Assembly: GCA_021372535.1 (NCBI GenBank)
Contig: JAJFUH010000107.1
Coordinates: forward strand, 5,768 to 69,767
Length of the DNA: 64,000 nucleotides
Direction of reading: 5' to 3'
Origin: a bacterium
GTDB lineage: Bacteria > Latescibacterota > Latescibacteria > Latescibacterales > Latescibacteraceae
Positions 39,684 to 50,305 of the stretch are shown piece after piece. A model generated the notes under the pieces. It ran no database searches. It had not been told where the DNA came from and worked only from the letters and a program-made list of their open reading frames with translations. The first letter of the stretch is position 1. Every line of letters begins with the position of its first letter. The translations under genes were made by a program, and so were the position numbers.

Positions 39684-39973
39684 ATGTGCGCTGAATCTCC
39701 TTGCTTATATAAGCACAGGTTTTTTTCAGGTAAATTTACCTGATAAAATGATAGAACAAATAGCACTGTTTATAGTTCAAGAAATCTTTTGGACAATGTT
39801 AATCATGCTATTGTCAATGAACTGATACATTTTTAACTTATAGAATAAACATATATACACCAATAACTTAAATAAATATTTTTCTGGCTTTTTGGCGGGG
39901 GATGTCATATTATTTTCTATATAAAAAAGTACGGTTTACCATCTCTTAACAAGAAATCTTTAATACAGCTGCC

Positions 39974-42433
39974 ATGAAAAAAAATGGTAAAACAAAACAG
40001 CAGCTCTCAGAGGAAATTGAATATCTGCGGCGCAGAATTATAGAACTCGAAACCGGAAAAATCCACACTGAAAGCACCGGTCAACCGCTTCCGGAAGGCA
40101 GGAAGCTTTCCGGTGACTCCCAGGATGGCGTTCGAACACATCCGGGTGACCATAAAGATATTCATGCCGGAATCACGCTTGATTCTGCCTGTAATGGCAT
40201 CCCCGAAGGCGAAGGGATTTCCGGATTACGGGAAATCATTGCCCGCCCTCAGGAATTCCATAAAAAAAACAGAAATCCTGATACATCACGCGGTATTGAA
40301 TCCCCTCAATATTATTCTCCGTACAGCCTGAATTCAGAGAACGAAGGATTGAAATGGTTTCTCCCTGATGGTGTAGTTACGGAGCGCGATAATAACGGTA
40401 ATCCCGTCCGTGTCAGGGGCATCATGGATATTTCGAAGCTCTCGGAAGCCGAAGAAGTACTCCGTGAGAGCGAGGAACAATACCGGATTTTATTTGAAAC
40501 GTCTCTTGATCCGATCGGTATTACAACACAGGGAACAACCGTACGCGATGTTAATCAGGCATGGCTCGATCTTTTTGGATATACACGGGAAGATGTCAGA
40601 GAGATGAATCTGGGCTGTTTATATCTCCGCGACAAAGACCGTCAGAAATATCTTGATGAAATTGACAGAAATGGGAAAGTCCGTGATTATGAAATCAAAC
40701 TCCTGCGAAAAGACGGCATGGTGCTGGACTGTCTTGTTTCGACGACTTTACGCTCTGCGGCCAATGGAGACGGGAAAATATACCAGACCATAATTCGTGA
40801 TATCACCGAAAGGAAACGGCTCCTCGATCGTCTTTCCGTTCTCAACGACTGCTTTCTGAAATTCGGGACCGATCCTCTTGATAATATAAATCAGCTCGTG
40901 GAGACATGCGGGAGGCTGCTAGGTGCCGAATGCGCTTTTTATCATCGCATTTACGATCGGAATCTGTGTGCATGGAACTCATGGCATACTCCTCCCGAGC
41001 TGGAAAATATCAAAAAACCGCTTGGTCACGTGCTCCATGACGCTATCATGAATTCTGAACGCGGTCTCTTTGTCATCCGGGATGTACCGGAATCGGAATA
41101 TCATTTCGATGACCCTGAGCTGAAGAAGTTCGGGTTTAAAACTTATATTGCCAGGATTCTGAAAATCGGGAATGGCCAGATAGGGGCTCTCTGCGTTTTA
41201 TATAAAAAAGATTATAAGCCCACGAATGATGACGAATGGTTGATGGGAGTCATCGCTTCGGCAATTGTTGCCGAAGAGAAACGAAAACTGGCGGAGGATG
41301 CCCTCCGTAAAAGTGAAGAACGTCTGCGTCAGGTTATCGATCTTGTTCCCCACTATATATTCGCGCGGGACACAAAAGGTAAAATTGTCCTTGCAAACAA
41401 GGCTTTCTCGCAAGTGTTCGGAAAAAGCGTCGAACAGGTGACAGGTTCTCATTATTATAATTTGTCCCCTGATAATAATGGTGGAGAAGAAATGTTCAAA
41501 ACCGACCAGGAAACCATTCGGAGTGGCAAACCGAAATACTATCCCATTCAATCGATTACCTTTCCCGATGGCGCAGTTCATATCCTTCAAACGACAAAAA
41601 TTCCGTTTACTATCGCTGACTCCGGTGAACCGGCAATACTCTTCATTTCAGCGGATATAACAGAACAAAAAAAGGCGGAAGAAGCGCTCCGGACATCAGA
41701 AGCTCACTATCGAGAGCTGATCGAGAGCATTAATGATGTTATTTTTGTCATCGATACAACCGGGATATTAACCTATATAAACATGCTTGTTGAGCCGGTC
41801 TTTGGATATTTGCCTTCCGAGGTAATCGGCCAGCATTATACCCGTTTTTTCCTGAAGGAAGACCTCCAGAAGGCATGCAGGTTTTTCCGGAAAAATCTTC
41901 TCGGCCAGCATGACACTGAAGAATTCAGAATTCTCGATAAATCCGGAAAACCCAGGTATATCCGTGCTTCAGCCAGAATATTGAAAAATAATAAAGGGAC
42001 AATCATAGGATTACGAGGTCTTATGATTGATATCACCGAACGAAAAAAAATTGAAAAGAAAATAAGGAAAAGCGGATATCTGGATTCCAGTATATTTGAT
42101 ATACCGTTAAATCCTTTTACGGTAACCACCCATGAAGGCAAAATATTGGATATAAGCCAGTCATGTCTTGACCTTTTCGGCTATACCCGACAGGAGATAA
42201 TGAACATCGATCTGAAAAAAACATATGTCAATCCCGATGACTCTAAAAAGTTATTGCATATGCTGAAAATGAACGGATATGTGAAGGATTTTCCGGTAAA
42301 TTTCCGTAAAAAAGACGGCTCTGTCATCTCCTGTCTTCTGACCGCAAATATGCTGTATATCAACGGAGACTCGCTCCTGGGATACCTTTCATTTATCCGT
42401 GAAGTCCCCGCCCGGAAATCATTCCTTATATAA
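39974..42433 (+). CDS. Multi-PAS/GAF sensor protein with no recognisable output domain
   Basis: The 819-aa protein has several PAS/PAC modules and a GAF-like segment. There is no HisKA/HATPase, GGDEF, EAL or HTH domain. Confidence 0.6.
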   Translation: MKKNGKTKQQLSEEIEYLRRRIIELETGKIHTESTGQPLPEGRKLSGDSQDGVRTHPGDHKDIHAGITLDSACNGIPEGEGISGLREIIARPQEFHKKNRNPDTSRGIESPQYYSPYSLNSENEGLKWFLPDGVVTERDNNGNPVRVRGIMDISKLSEAEEVLRESEEQYRILFETSLDPIGITTQGTTVRDVNQAWLDLFGYTREDVREMNLGCLYLRDKDRQKYLDEIDRNGKVRDYEIKLLRKDGMVLDCLVSTTLRSAANGDGKIYQTIIRDITERKRLLDRLSVLNDCFLKFGTDPLDNINQLVETCGRLLGAECAFYHRIYDRNLCAWNSWHTPPELENIKKPLGHVLHDAIMNSERGLFVIRDVPESEYHFDDPELKKFGFKTYIARILKIGNGQIGALCVLYKKDYKPTNDDEWLMGVIASAIVAEEKRKLAEDALRKSEERLRQVIDLVPHYIFARDTKGKIVLANKAFSQVFGKSVEQVTGSHYYNLSPDNNGGEEMFKTDQETIRSGKPKYYPIQSITFPDGAVHILQTTKIPFTIADSGEPAILFISADITEQKKAEEALRTSEAHYRELIESINDVIFVIDTTGILTYINMLVEPVFGYLPSEVIGQHYTRFFLKEDLQKACRFFRKNLLGQHDTEEFRILDKSGKPRYIRASARILKNNKGTIIGLRGLMIDITERKKIEKKIRKSGYLDSSIFDIPLNPFTVTTHEGKILDISQSCLDLFGYTRQEIMNIDLKKTYVNPDDSKKLLHMLKMNGYVKDFPVNFRKKDGSVISCLLTANMLYINGDSLLGYLSFIREVPARKSFLI

Positions 42434-42639
42434 TTCCCCCGATAGTCTCTTGTAAAAATAGTATGGCTGAAACCCGATAAAGCATGTAAATAGACCGGCT
42501 GAACGTCTGTGGTTAATCAGGGAGAATCACCGTTTTTCTCAATCGTTAAAACCCGTTTTATTTTCACCGTGATTTGTCATATCTTACATTTCACTTATAA
42601 AGACAACCATTCAGTGTGAGAACATACTTGGAGGTAATT

Positions 42640-45495
42640 ATGTGTAAAAAAAGATCCTGCAGCTCCTTGATACTGTCTTTTACAGCGTTTACAATGCTGC
42701 TTGTTTTTCCATTTACCGCATCACCGGAAAACAGAACGGTTATACGGCATCATGGTTTCGAAGACTTCAGTAAGGGCACTTTCGGAGACAGTGGCGCGAA
42801 TATCTATGTGTCTAAAGCAGGCGGGATTCAACTGATCAACCGATGGGATTTAAACAATGACGGCTTTCTCGATCTGCTCATCAACCAGGATCATAATTCA
42901 TTTGAAACAGTCGATGCATTCATTTATCATGGCACAAAGAACGGCTTCCATTCCCTTTTCCCGTCCGCATGGAAACAACTTCCCGCCTACAAACTTTTCA
43001 CCAAGGTCAACGAAACGAAGCAATACATGGATTTTTTACCGACATTCGGAGGCGGGCCATGCAAAGTCGGGGATTTCAATCATGACGGCTATACTGACAT
43101 CGTGTTTGTCAATATCATCCATAATTATACCTATAACACGTCAGCTTATCTTTACCTGGGCAGCCCGGAAGGTTTTTCCGTTGTACACCGTCAGGAGATT
43201 CCCACGTATTATGCCCAGGATGTTGAAGCTGCCGACCTGAATCGCGACGGATATCCTGATCTCGTTTTTGCCAATTATGGCTATGAATGGGGGAAACAGC
43301 GGGGATACCGTCATCATCTCGAGTCGTACGTTTACTGGGGCAGCCCCGAGCTGTATTCGAAAGATCGCCGTATCTCACTGCCCACGGTGAGTGCAACGAG
43401 CTGCACTGCGGGGGATTTCGACGGCGACGGATGGACCGACCTTGCATTTGCCAATGCCGATCCGCAGCCCGGTGTGTATGTTTATTTGAACAAAAACGGC
43501 AGTTTTTCCGCCGATAATCGTCTGGAAATTCAGGGAGACAGACCTTTGGTGGTCCGTTCCGGAGATGTGAACGCAGACGGCATCGATGATCTTATGGTCT
43601 GTTCGTCCGGAAAGGGGATCGATCTTTATCCCGGGTGTTCCCCGTTCCGCCTGGAAAAAGCTTATACTGTTCCGGCGCAGCGTGTCCGTGATATCAAGGT
43701 GAAGGATGTGAACCGTGACGGGAATGTTGATCTCATCTGTGCAAGCAGCATAACCGTATCGGATACCCTCATGTTCGGGCACAGCGAAAACAGCTATGCG
43801 GTTTCATCTTCCGCCTCTCAGGTCACTCCGACCGTATCCGAGATATTCTGGGGTTCGAAGAAAGGCTTTTCCCCTGACCGGTGCCTCCTGCTGCCCTCGA
43901 ACTATCCACAGGCGGTGGATGTCGCCGATCTCAACGGCGACTCGTACGACGATATTGTTTTTGCCAATTTCGGCTTTGGGAACAATAATGATGTTCCTTC
44001 CTTCATATACTGGGGATCGGAGGATGGTTACGATCCTTCCTGCCGCACTCATATTCAGGGTTTCGGCGCCGATGGAGTGGCATCCGCCGATTTTGACCGT
44101 GACGGTATGACAGATGTTCTTCTCATGAATCAGATCAGCCAGACCAGCCCCGTACCCTCAGTTGTATACTGGGGGAATCCCGCTCATTACTATTCCGAGG
44201 CTGCCTCCACGTTTATCCCCTGTAACGATCCCTATTATTCGAAGGTGGCCGATCTCAACGATGACGGATACGTCGACATCGTATTCGGCGGATTTCTCTC
44301 GATCGCGTGGGGCAGCGCGTCGGGTTTCCGAGAACATACCGATTTTAATTTCCATACGCTCGGTGTGACAGTGCAGGATTTCAACAGGGACGGATTTCTC
44401 GACATCGGAGTCAACGCATACGAGAACGGCGCGAAAGGGTATATTATATGGGGATCACCGCAGGGATACTCTCTCGACAAAAAGACCCTCGTAACGGATA
44501 AAAACACCGCGAATCCCTGGGGCGTAACCACTGCCGATCTCAACAGGGACGGCTGCCTGGATATTGTGTATGCATCGGGAGACAACCCAAAACGTTCTAC
44601 GGAGATCGTATGGGGCACCCCGCAAGGTTATGAAAATACGACATCAACGTTTCTGAATACCAACAGGGTGGAAAGCCCGGCTATTGCCGACCTTGACGGG
44701 AACGGCTGGCTCGATCTGATATTCCCGGGCGGAGTCAATCTCGATACCCTCGATTATCACAGCCCGAGCCTCATATACTGGGGCAGCGCGACAGGGTATT
44801 CCGAAGACCGGAGAAGCGAGCTGGAAGCCTATGCATCGTTCGAAGTCAGCGTTGACGATCTCAACCGTGACGGTTTCCTCGACATCGTTGCCAGCAATTA
44901 TCAGGCGGAATCGACGAGACATGTGCCCATCTATATCTACTGGGGAAATGCTCAACACACCTACGGTAACCAGAACAGGACTGAGCTCCCGGGGCAGTCT
45001 TCGGCCGGTATCGAGCTGCTCGATCTCAATTCCGACGATTTTCCTGATATTATTGTGACCAATCATATTGAGCACGGCGATCACAGCATCGAATCGTATA
45101 TTTACTGGGGAAGTCCCGATGGTTATTCGGTCGGACGCAGAACCTCGCTTCCGACAATCGGTCCCCATTTTCTTAAAAATATCGATAAGGGCAACATATA
45201 TAACCGCAGTCCTTTTTTCGATTATATCTCTCCCCCGATAATCCTTCCCGACAAGGTGAAACGGGTAACGGTGGAGTGGACAGGGGAAACACCCCATAAT
45301 ACGGATATCCGTTTCGAATACCGTAGCGCTGCAGACGAAGCGGGGCTCGCAAAGGCCAAATGGTTGACCGTTACGTCCGGCAAACCCTTTTCTCCGGGAC
45401 GGGGGGCACAGTTCATTCAATACAGGGCAGTATTCATATCGCCTGATGGTGGCAGCAGTCCGGTTCTGAAGGAAGTGGTATTGACATGTGAGTGA
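42640..45495 (+). CDS. Secreted FG-GAP/VCBS-repeat beta-propeller protein
   Basis: There is a GGAGG RBS 6 nt upstream and a signal peptide. The motif D.N.DG..D(L/I)(V/A)(F/V)(A/G)N recurs at least 10 times. Confidence 0.65.
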   Translation: MCKKRSCSSLILSFTAFTMLLVFPFTASPENRTVIRHHGFEDFSKGTFGDSGANIYVSKAGGIQLINRWDLNNDGFLDLLINQDHNSFETVDAFIYHGTKNGFHSLFPSAWKQLPAYKLFTKVNETKQYMDFLPTFGGGPCKVGDFNHDGYTDIVFVNIIHNYTYNTSAYLYLGSPEGFSVVHRQEIPTYYAQDVEAADLNRDGYPDLVFANYGYEWGKQRGYRHHLESYVYWGSPELYSKDRRISLPTVSATSCTAGDFDGDGWTDLAFANADPQPGVYVYLNKNGSFSADNRLEIQGDRPLVVRSGDVNADGIDDLMVCSSGKGIDLYPGCSPFRLEKAYTVPAQRVRDIKVKDVNRDGNVDLICASSITVSDTLMFGHSENSYAVSSSASQVTPTVSEIFWGSKKGFSPDRCLLLPSNYPQAVDVADLNGDSYDDIVFANFGFGNNNDVPSFIYWGSEDGYDPSCRTHIQGFGADGVASADFDRDGMTDVLLMNQISQTSPVPSVVYWGNPAHYYSEAASTFIPCNDPYYSKVADLNDDGYVDIVFGGFLSIAWGSASGFREHTDFNFHTLGVTVQDFNRDGFLDIGVNAYENGAKGYIIWGSPQGYSLDKKTLVTDKNTANPWGVTTADLNRDGCLDIVYASGDNPKRSTEIVWGTPQGYENTTSTFLNTNRVESPAIADLDGNGWLDLIFPGGVNLDTLDYHSPSLIYWGSATGYSEDRRSELEAYASFEVSVDDLNRDGFLDIVASNYQAESTRHVPIYIYWGNAQHTYGNQNRTELPGQSSAGIELLDLNSDDFPDIIVTNHIEHGDHSIESYIYWGSPDGYSVGRRTSLPTIGPHFLKNIDKGNIYNRSPFFDYISPPIILPDKVKRVTVEWTGETPHNTDIRFEYRSAADEAGLAKAKWLTVTSGKPFSPGRGAQFIQYRAVFISPDGGSSPVLKEVVLTCE

Positions 45496-45530
45496 TGTGG
45501 TTTTCGGCGGGTTCGGACAAAGAACGCATC

Positions 45531-45559
45531 TTGACAATGATGAACGAATAATGTATATT
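45531..45559 (+). promoter_or_regulatory. Near-consensus sigma70-like promoter for tRNA-Ala (TTGACA-17-TATATT)
   Basis: The -10 element ends 11 nt before the tRNA 5' end. Confidence 0.45.
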
Positions 45560-45570
45560 TGCAATTCGGT

Positions 45571-45647
45571 GGGGCTATAGCTCAGCTGGGATGAGCGCCT
45601 GACTGGCAGTCAGGAGGTCGTCGGTTCAATCCCGACTAGCTCCACCA
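45571..45647 (+). tRNA. tRNA-Ala (anticodon GGC)
   Basis: I folded it by hand. The acceptor stem GGGGCTA/TAGCTCC has the G3:U70 alanine identity pair. The anticodon stem is CCTGA/TCAGG with loop CTGGCAG, giving anticodon GGC. The T-arm is GTCGGTTCAATCCCGAC. CCA is encoded. Confidence 0.85.
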
Positions 45648-46522
45648 ATATTTTCGATTTGTTTATTTTAAATTGGAGACATATCCCCACGAGGTTCCTT
45701 TTAGTCCGGAATTCCCTATATCAAAATCATAAGCAGTAAAATTTCTTTTCATATTCTTATTTTAAACGATTACTATCCTATTAATAATCTTATGCAAGTA
45801 TTTTCTTCACGTTGATTTGGATGTAGCCCTCCGGTTTTCTCACTGGCAGATAAATGAATTTTTCCTCGAATCAATCCCGTCTGATGCAGTAGAAAGAGAG
45901 AATAAAAACTTCTCATAGAGAAACATATAATGAAAACGAAAGCAGCCATAATAACAATCGGATTTGTCTGGTCAACAACCGTGTATGTCATGCTTTTCGC
46001 ATCAGTTTGAAGTCTGCTGATAACCATCGTCTGAATTTATCCTTTTCCTTCAAATTAATAAGGCGCCTTTAATGGGTGCCTTTTTTGTTGGGGAAAGTGA
46101 TGGCCTGGTAAATGGTAATTACATATAAGGCGAAAAAAGCGTGTATCAAACCGTATGAGAAAAACAGAGGACTTATTATGTGATAAGTATAAAAATATAG
46201 GGGAAGTGGGTGTTTTACCATGATACTATCGTCGAGAAATTCTTTTATTCAAGCTTCCACAAAATAGCAATACACCCTCTAAAAAACTTCACTAACACAC
46301 CGACTGTTCCAGATTACGAACATTGTTCGGATTTCGGAACATTCCGTTGAGCCGATGAATGATATCGAATCGGAATCGACGTTTCTCATTCCGTTATTTA
46401 ATAAAATAAAAATCAATTAACATCAATAATAACAAATAAATGAATTCTGCACAGTTTTTAAAATGTATGAATGGTATTGTTTTTGCTCTTCTCATGGAAT
46501 AAAAAAACGAAAGGAGAATTAC

Positions 46523-48112
46523 ATGAAAAGAGCAGTTATGATTTCTTGTTTTTCGTTTCTGTCTGTACTTGTCTGTACATATTCGGTTCCGGCTCAGACG
46601 TTGAATACTATTCTGGCCAAGCTCCAGACGGTAGAAGAACGTCTCAACGAGCACGAAAAAAACTCCGGAGCTGAAATATCGAAGCAGATCGATAAAGCTC
46701 TTGCAGTCAGACTCGCATCAATCGAGTCTGACCGAAAAAGCGAGCAGGTGCAGGTGAAGTCGAATTTTGCGAAGGTGGACAGCCTTGCCATCAATACCCA
46801 GATCGATTCTACGATAGCCTCTCTCAGGTCTCAAATCGACCTCCTGCAGGAAAGCGTTAAGGAAATGAAAAATACCATAGAAAATCAGGCTGATGACGAG
46901 AGCAAAGCTGTCGCAATGGCACCACAAAATAATCCTCTCATGACGGCTGCAGGCATGATAAACCACGGAGATCAGGCAATTACAACTACCAGTTCTATCG
47001 AATCGGTTACACCAGTAAACAATTCGACAATGGTCGAAATTGATTATACCCGGTCTCCTTTGGAAATCGAGCATGTTTATTCCGGTGAGTATTTTTCCAA
47101 AATTCACGGGGGTATGGAAAAAAAGAACCGGGGAGATTATCGGGGTAACTTTGATCTGACTGTTTCGGCAAGCAGCGAAGCGCTGGGACTTTGGAAAGGT
47201 ACAACATTCAGCGTTGACTTTCAGAACGGCAATGGCAGAGGTATAAGCGAATCGTATGTTGGTGACTACCAGGTTCTCAGTAATATCGATGCGGGTAACT
47301 TTACCCAGATAAGCGAATACACTCTCTGTCATTCTTTTGCCGGTAACCGGTTCATGATAAAACTCGGCAAACAGGATGCGAATGAGGATTTCAATGTCGC
47401 TGACAACGCGGGCGATTTTATCAATTCTTCATTTGGTATCATGCCGAATGTCCCCCTTCCGACTTTCCCCGATCCCGGGCTTGGAATATCGGTATTCTAC
47501 ACTCTTTCTGACAACATACAAATTAAAGCGGGACTCTTCGACGGCCTTAGTCATGGAGGTTCGTGGGGATTTAACACCGCTTTCAGTTCCCACGGGGAAA
47601 GCAGTTCGGTCATGGAATTATCATATGGTTCGAGCCTTCTGCCGTTCTTTAAAAAACGGGGCACATTCAAAATTGGACTCTGGCGTCACGGCGGTCTGTA
47701 TGCACCTGTTGCAGGAACTGGAAGCAAATCGGAGAACCTTGGCGGATATTGTATCTATGAACAGGGGATTTTGGGTTATGCTGAATCTGATCATCACCAT
47801 GTAGATATGTTTTTGCAGTATGGATATGCTGACAGGGAAATAAGCGCCATACCAAATTATGCAGGAATCGGATTCAAAGCAGACGGTCTCATTACGGGAC
47901 GTCCTGATGACAGTATGGGTATCGGAGCAGCATGTGCGCTTGTTAACCCTGAAATGAAAGACATGAAAGGAGAAACAGCATTTGAATACTATTACCAGAC
48001 AACCATAATGGGTAAACTGACATTACAGCCCGATGTACAATATATTATTAATCCCGGAGGTATGTATGACAATGCACTCGTAACCGGTATGCGGGTATAT
48101 ATTAATTTTTAA
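46523..48112 (+). CDS. Outer-membrane porin with an N-terminal coiled-coil segment (OprB-like or phosphate-selective-like; family uncertain)
   Basis: It has an AAGGAG RBS, a signal peptide, a ~100-aa coiled coil and a beta-barrel-like C-terminus ending in ...YINF. The ORF track start is 46463. Confidence 0.5.
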   Translation: MKRAVMISCFSFLSVLVCTYSVPAQTLNTILAKLQTVEERLNEHEKNSGAEISKQIDKALAVRLASIESDRKSEQVQVKSNFAKVDSLAINTQIDSTIASLRSQIDLLQESVKEMKNTIENQADDESKAVAMAPQNNPLMTAAGMINHGDQAITTTSSIESVTPVNNSTMVEIDYTRSPLEIEHVYSGEYFSKIHGGMEKKNRGDYRGNFDLTVSASSEALGLWKGTTFSVDFQNGNGRGISESYVGDYQVLSNIDAGNFTQISEYTLCHSFAGNRFMIKLGKQDANEDFNVADNAGDFINSSFGIMPNVPLPTFPDPGLGISVFYTLSDNIQIKAGLFDGLSHGGSWGFNTAFSSHGESSSVMELSYGSSLLPFFKKRGTFKIGLWRHGGLYAPVAGTGSKSENLGGYCIYEQGILGYAESDHHHVDMFLQYGYADREISAIPNYAGIGFKADGLITGRPDDSMGIGAACALVNPEMKDMKGETAFEYYYQTTIMGKLTLQPDVQYIINPGGMYDNALVTGMRVYINF

Positions 48113-48178
48113 ACAGATGAAGTAACGTTAGCTTCATGTATCATTTAATCACTCACTCTTGGAAAAGGAAATGTCTCG

Positions 48179-49828
48179 ATGTTCACAAACATGAAACTTT
48201 CAGCGAAAATGACCCTGATGGGCGCAGGCATTGTCTTTGCTCTCGGGATACTCGGATTTATCGTGTACCATTCCAATTCGACCATCAAGGCAACAATGGA
48301 AATCAGCGACGAGATGACCAGTGAAAACAATATCGTCCAGGATACCAGAGAAAGCGAACTCCGTATGATCAGCCTTGTGAGAGCGGCGCTTCTTGACAGG
48401 GAAGATGGTGAAATTGAATCAGGAAGAATGAATACTATTACCCAGTCCGTGGAAACGATAAAAAAGAATCTCGCCGAAATAGAAAAATTAGCGGATAATG
48501 ACGTGGAAAAAGTAAATCTTAAAATAGCCAGCGATAATCTCGATCTCCTGACGAAGATAATTCAGGAAGATTTGGTTAAACTTATTGCACTCTACAAAAA
48601 CAAGGATACCGACCTTGCGAAACTTGAACAGCAGGTGCAGGTTCTCGATTCCCAAATTGAGGAATATGGCAATAAAACAGAAGAGAGTCTTGGTAAAATC
48701 GAAGAATACACGTCCGGGGAGATGAATAAGGCCTCCACAGGTCTTGACAATGCGATTGCGACATCCTCCACGCTGGCACTCATCACGTTCGTGCTCTCTG
48801 TCGTCGGCATTATCCTCGTATTCACCCTCTTTGCGCGTGGTATTATTAAATCACTCAACAACGTTATCGAGGGTTTGACGGCGGGAGCAGAACAAGTTGC
48901 ATCAGCATCACGTCAGGTTTCCGCATCAAGCCAGCAGCTTGCCGAGGGCGCCAGCGAACAGGCGTCGAGTCTCGAAGAAACCTCATCGTCCATTGAGGAA
49001 ATAGCCTCCATGGGCCGTCAGAATGCGGAGAATTCCAACCAGGCCAAGACTATGATGAATGAGGCGCGGAAGATAGTTGAGAAGGTGGATAACCAGATAC
49101 GCGGCCTGGTCGAAGCTACTGAAAAGATCGAAAAGTCGAGTGTGGAAACCGGTAAAATCATTAAAACCATTGATGAAATTGCCTTCCAGACTAACCTGCT
49201 GGCGCTTAATGCTGCGGTCGAGGCCGCACGCGCTGGAGAGGCCGGTGCCGGATTCGCAGTTGTTGCTGACGAGGTGAGGAACCTGGCTATGAGAGCCTCA
49301 GAAGCGGCAAAAAACACCTCCGTCCTGATCGAAAACACCATCAACGCTGTCAAGACCGGAAGCGAGCTCACCAGCTCGACCATGGAAGCGTTTAAAGAAA
49401 ACTCAGAGATATCGGAGAAGATAGGGAAACTAGTCGACGAAATCGCAGCCGCTTCAAACGAACAGGCGCAGGGGCTTGTACAGATTAACACGGCTATTTC
49501 ACAGATGGACCAGGTGACGCAAACAACCGCTGCCAATTCCGAGGAATCGGCTTCTGCCAGCGAAGAGCTCACTTCTCAGGCCTCAGAGCTCAATTCCATG
49601 GTCGAGATGCTTGTTGTTATTGTCGGAGGGAGCAACGGTAACGGTAACGGGCGTGGAGCCATTGCACGGGACGATCATCCGAAAAAGCACTCAGCCGTAA
49701 GTACCAAACTGAATACGCATAATCCGGCTCCGCGGGCGTTGCTTAAAACGAAGTTGAAAACCCATGCGAAGGTTGTCAAGGCCAATGATGTAATTCCGTT
49801 GGATGAAGAAGAGTTTGAAGCGTTCTAA
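48179..49828 (+). CDS. Methyl-accepting chemotaxis protein
   Basis: It has two TM helices and a HAMP-like region. The highly conserved MCP signalling-domain core is present ([36 protein letters not shown]). Confidence 0.8.
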   Translation: MFTNMKLSAKMTLMGAGIVFALGILGFIVYHSNSTIKATMEISDEMTSENNIVQDTRESELRMISLVRAALLDREDGEIESGRMNTITQSVETIKKNLAEIEKLADNDVEKVNLKIASDNLDLLTKIIQEDLVKLIALYKNKDTDLAKLEQQVQVLDSQIEEYGNKTEESLGKIEEYTSGEMNKASTGLDNAIATSSTLALITFVLSVVGIILVFTLFARGIIKSLNNVIEGLTAGAEQVASASRQVSASSQQLAEGASEQASSLEETSSSIEEIASMGRQNAENSNQAKTMMNEARKIVEKVDNQIRGLVEATEKIEKSSVETGKIIKTIDEIAFQTNLLALNAAVEAARAGEAGAGFAVVADEVRNLAMRASEAAKNTSVLIENTINAVKTGSELTSSTMEAFKENSEISEKIGKLVDEIAAASNEQAQGLVQINTAISQMDQVTQTTAANSEESASASEELTSQASELNSMVEMLVVIVGGSNGNGNGRGAIARDDHPKKHSAVSTKLNTHNPAPRALLKTKLKTHAKVVKANDVIPLDEEEFEAF

Positions 49829-49866
49829 TAACGGGAGTTAATTCACGTAAGATAACCTGATGCAAT

Positions 49867-49900
49867 GAAGCGGGGGGTACATTGTGCCCCCCGTTATTTA
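49867..49900 (+). terminator. Rho-independent terminator after the MCP gene
   Basis: A GC-rich hairpin CGGGGGGTACA...TGTGCCCCCCG is followed by TTATTT. Confidence 0.5.
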
Positions 49901-50305
49901 GTCGGTTTGAAAGACTAATTAAACCATATACTTTATTCTTTACAGATATTAAATATCATATAATTGGTATTATATAAGAATTTCACTCTATCTGTTGCGC
50001 GGGGATAACTCTGTCAAGTTAAATTCTTCCAATTCCACTCTCACACTGACTCGCTCTAATGTGCAGAATAATAACGAGTCATCGACAAGGCCTTTCGTGA
50101 GTCCCGCTATGAGATCAAACGAAGGGAAATCCACAGGTTGACAATCAGTATTGAAGCTATCAGCATACAAAGTCTTGTACACCTCGGGCGTGTCACCGTA
50201 ATAGTATGCGTTTTAAATAGCAATTGCTTTGGGCGATACTACTATGCAACATTTTCTCAGGCGATTAGTTTAAAGGGATAATATGAGCTTATAGAGGAAT
50301 AAATC

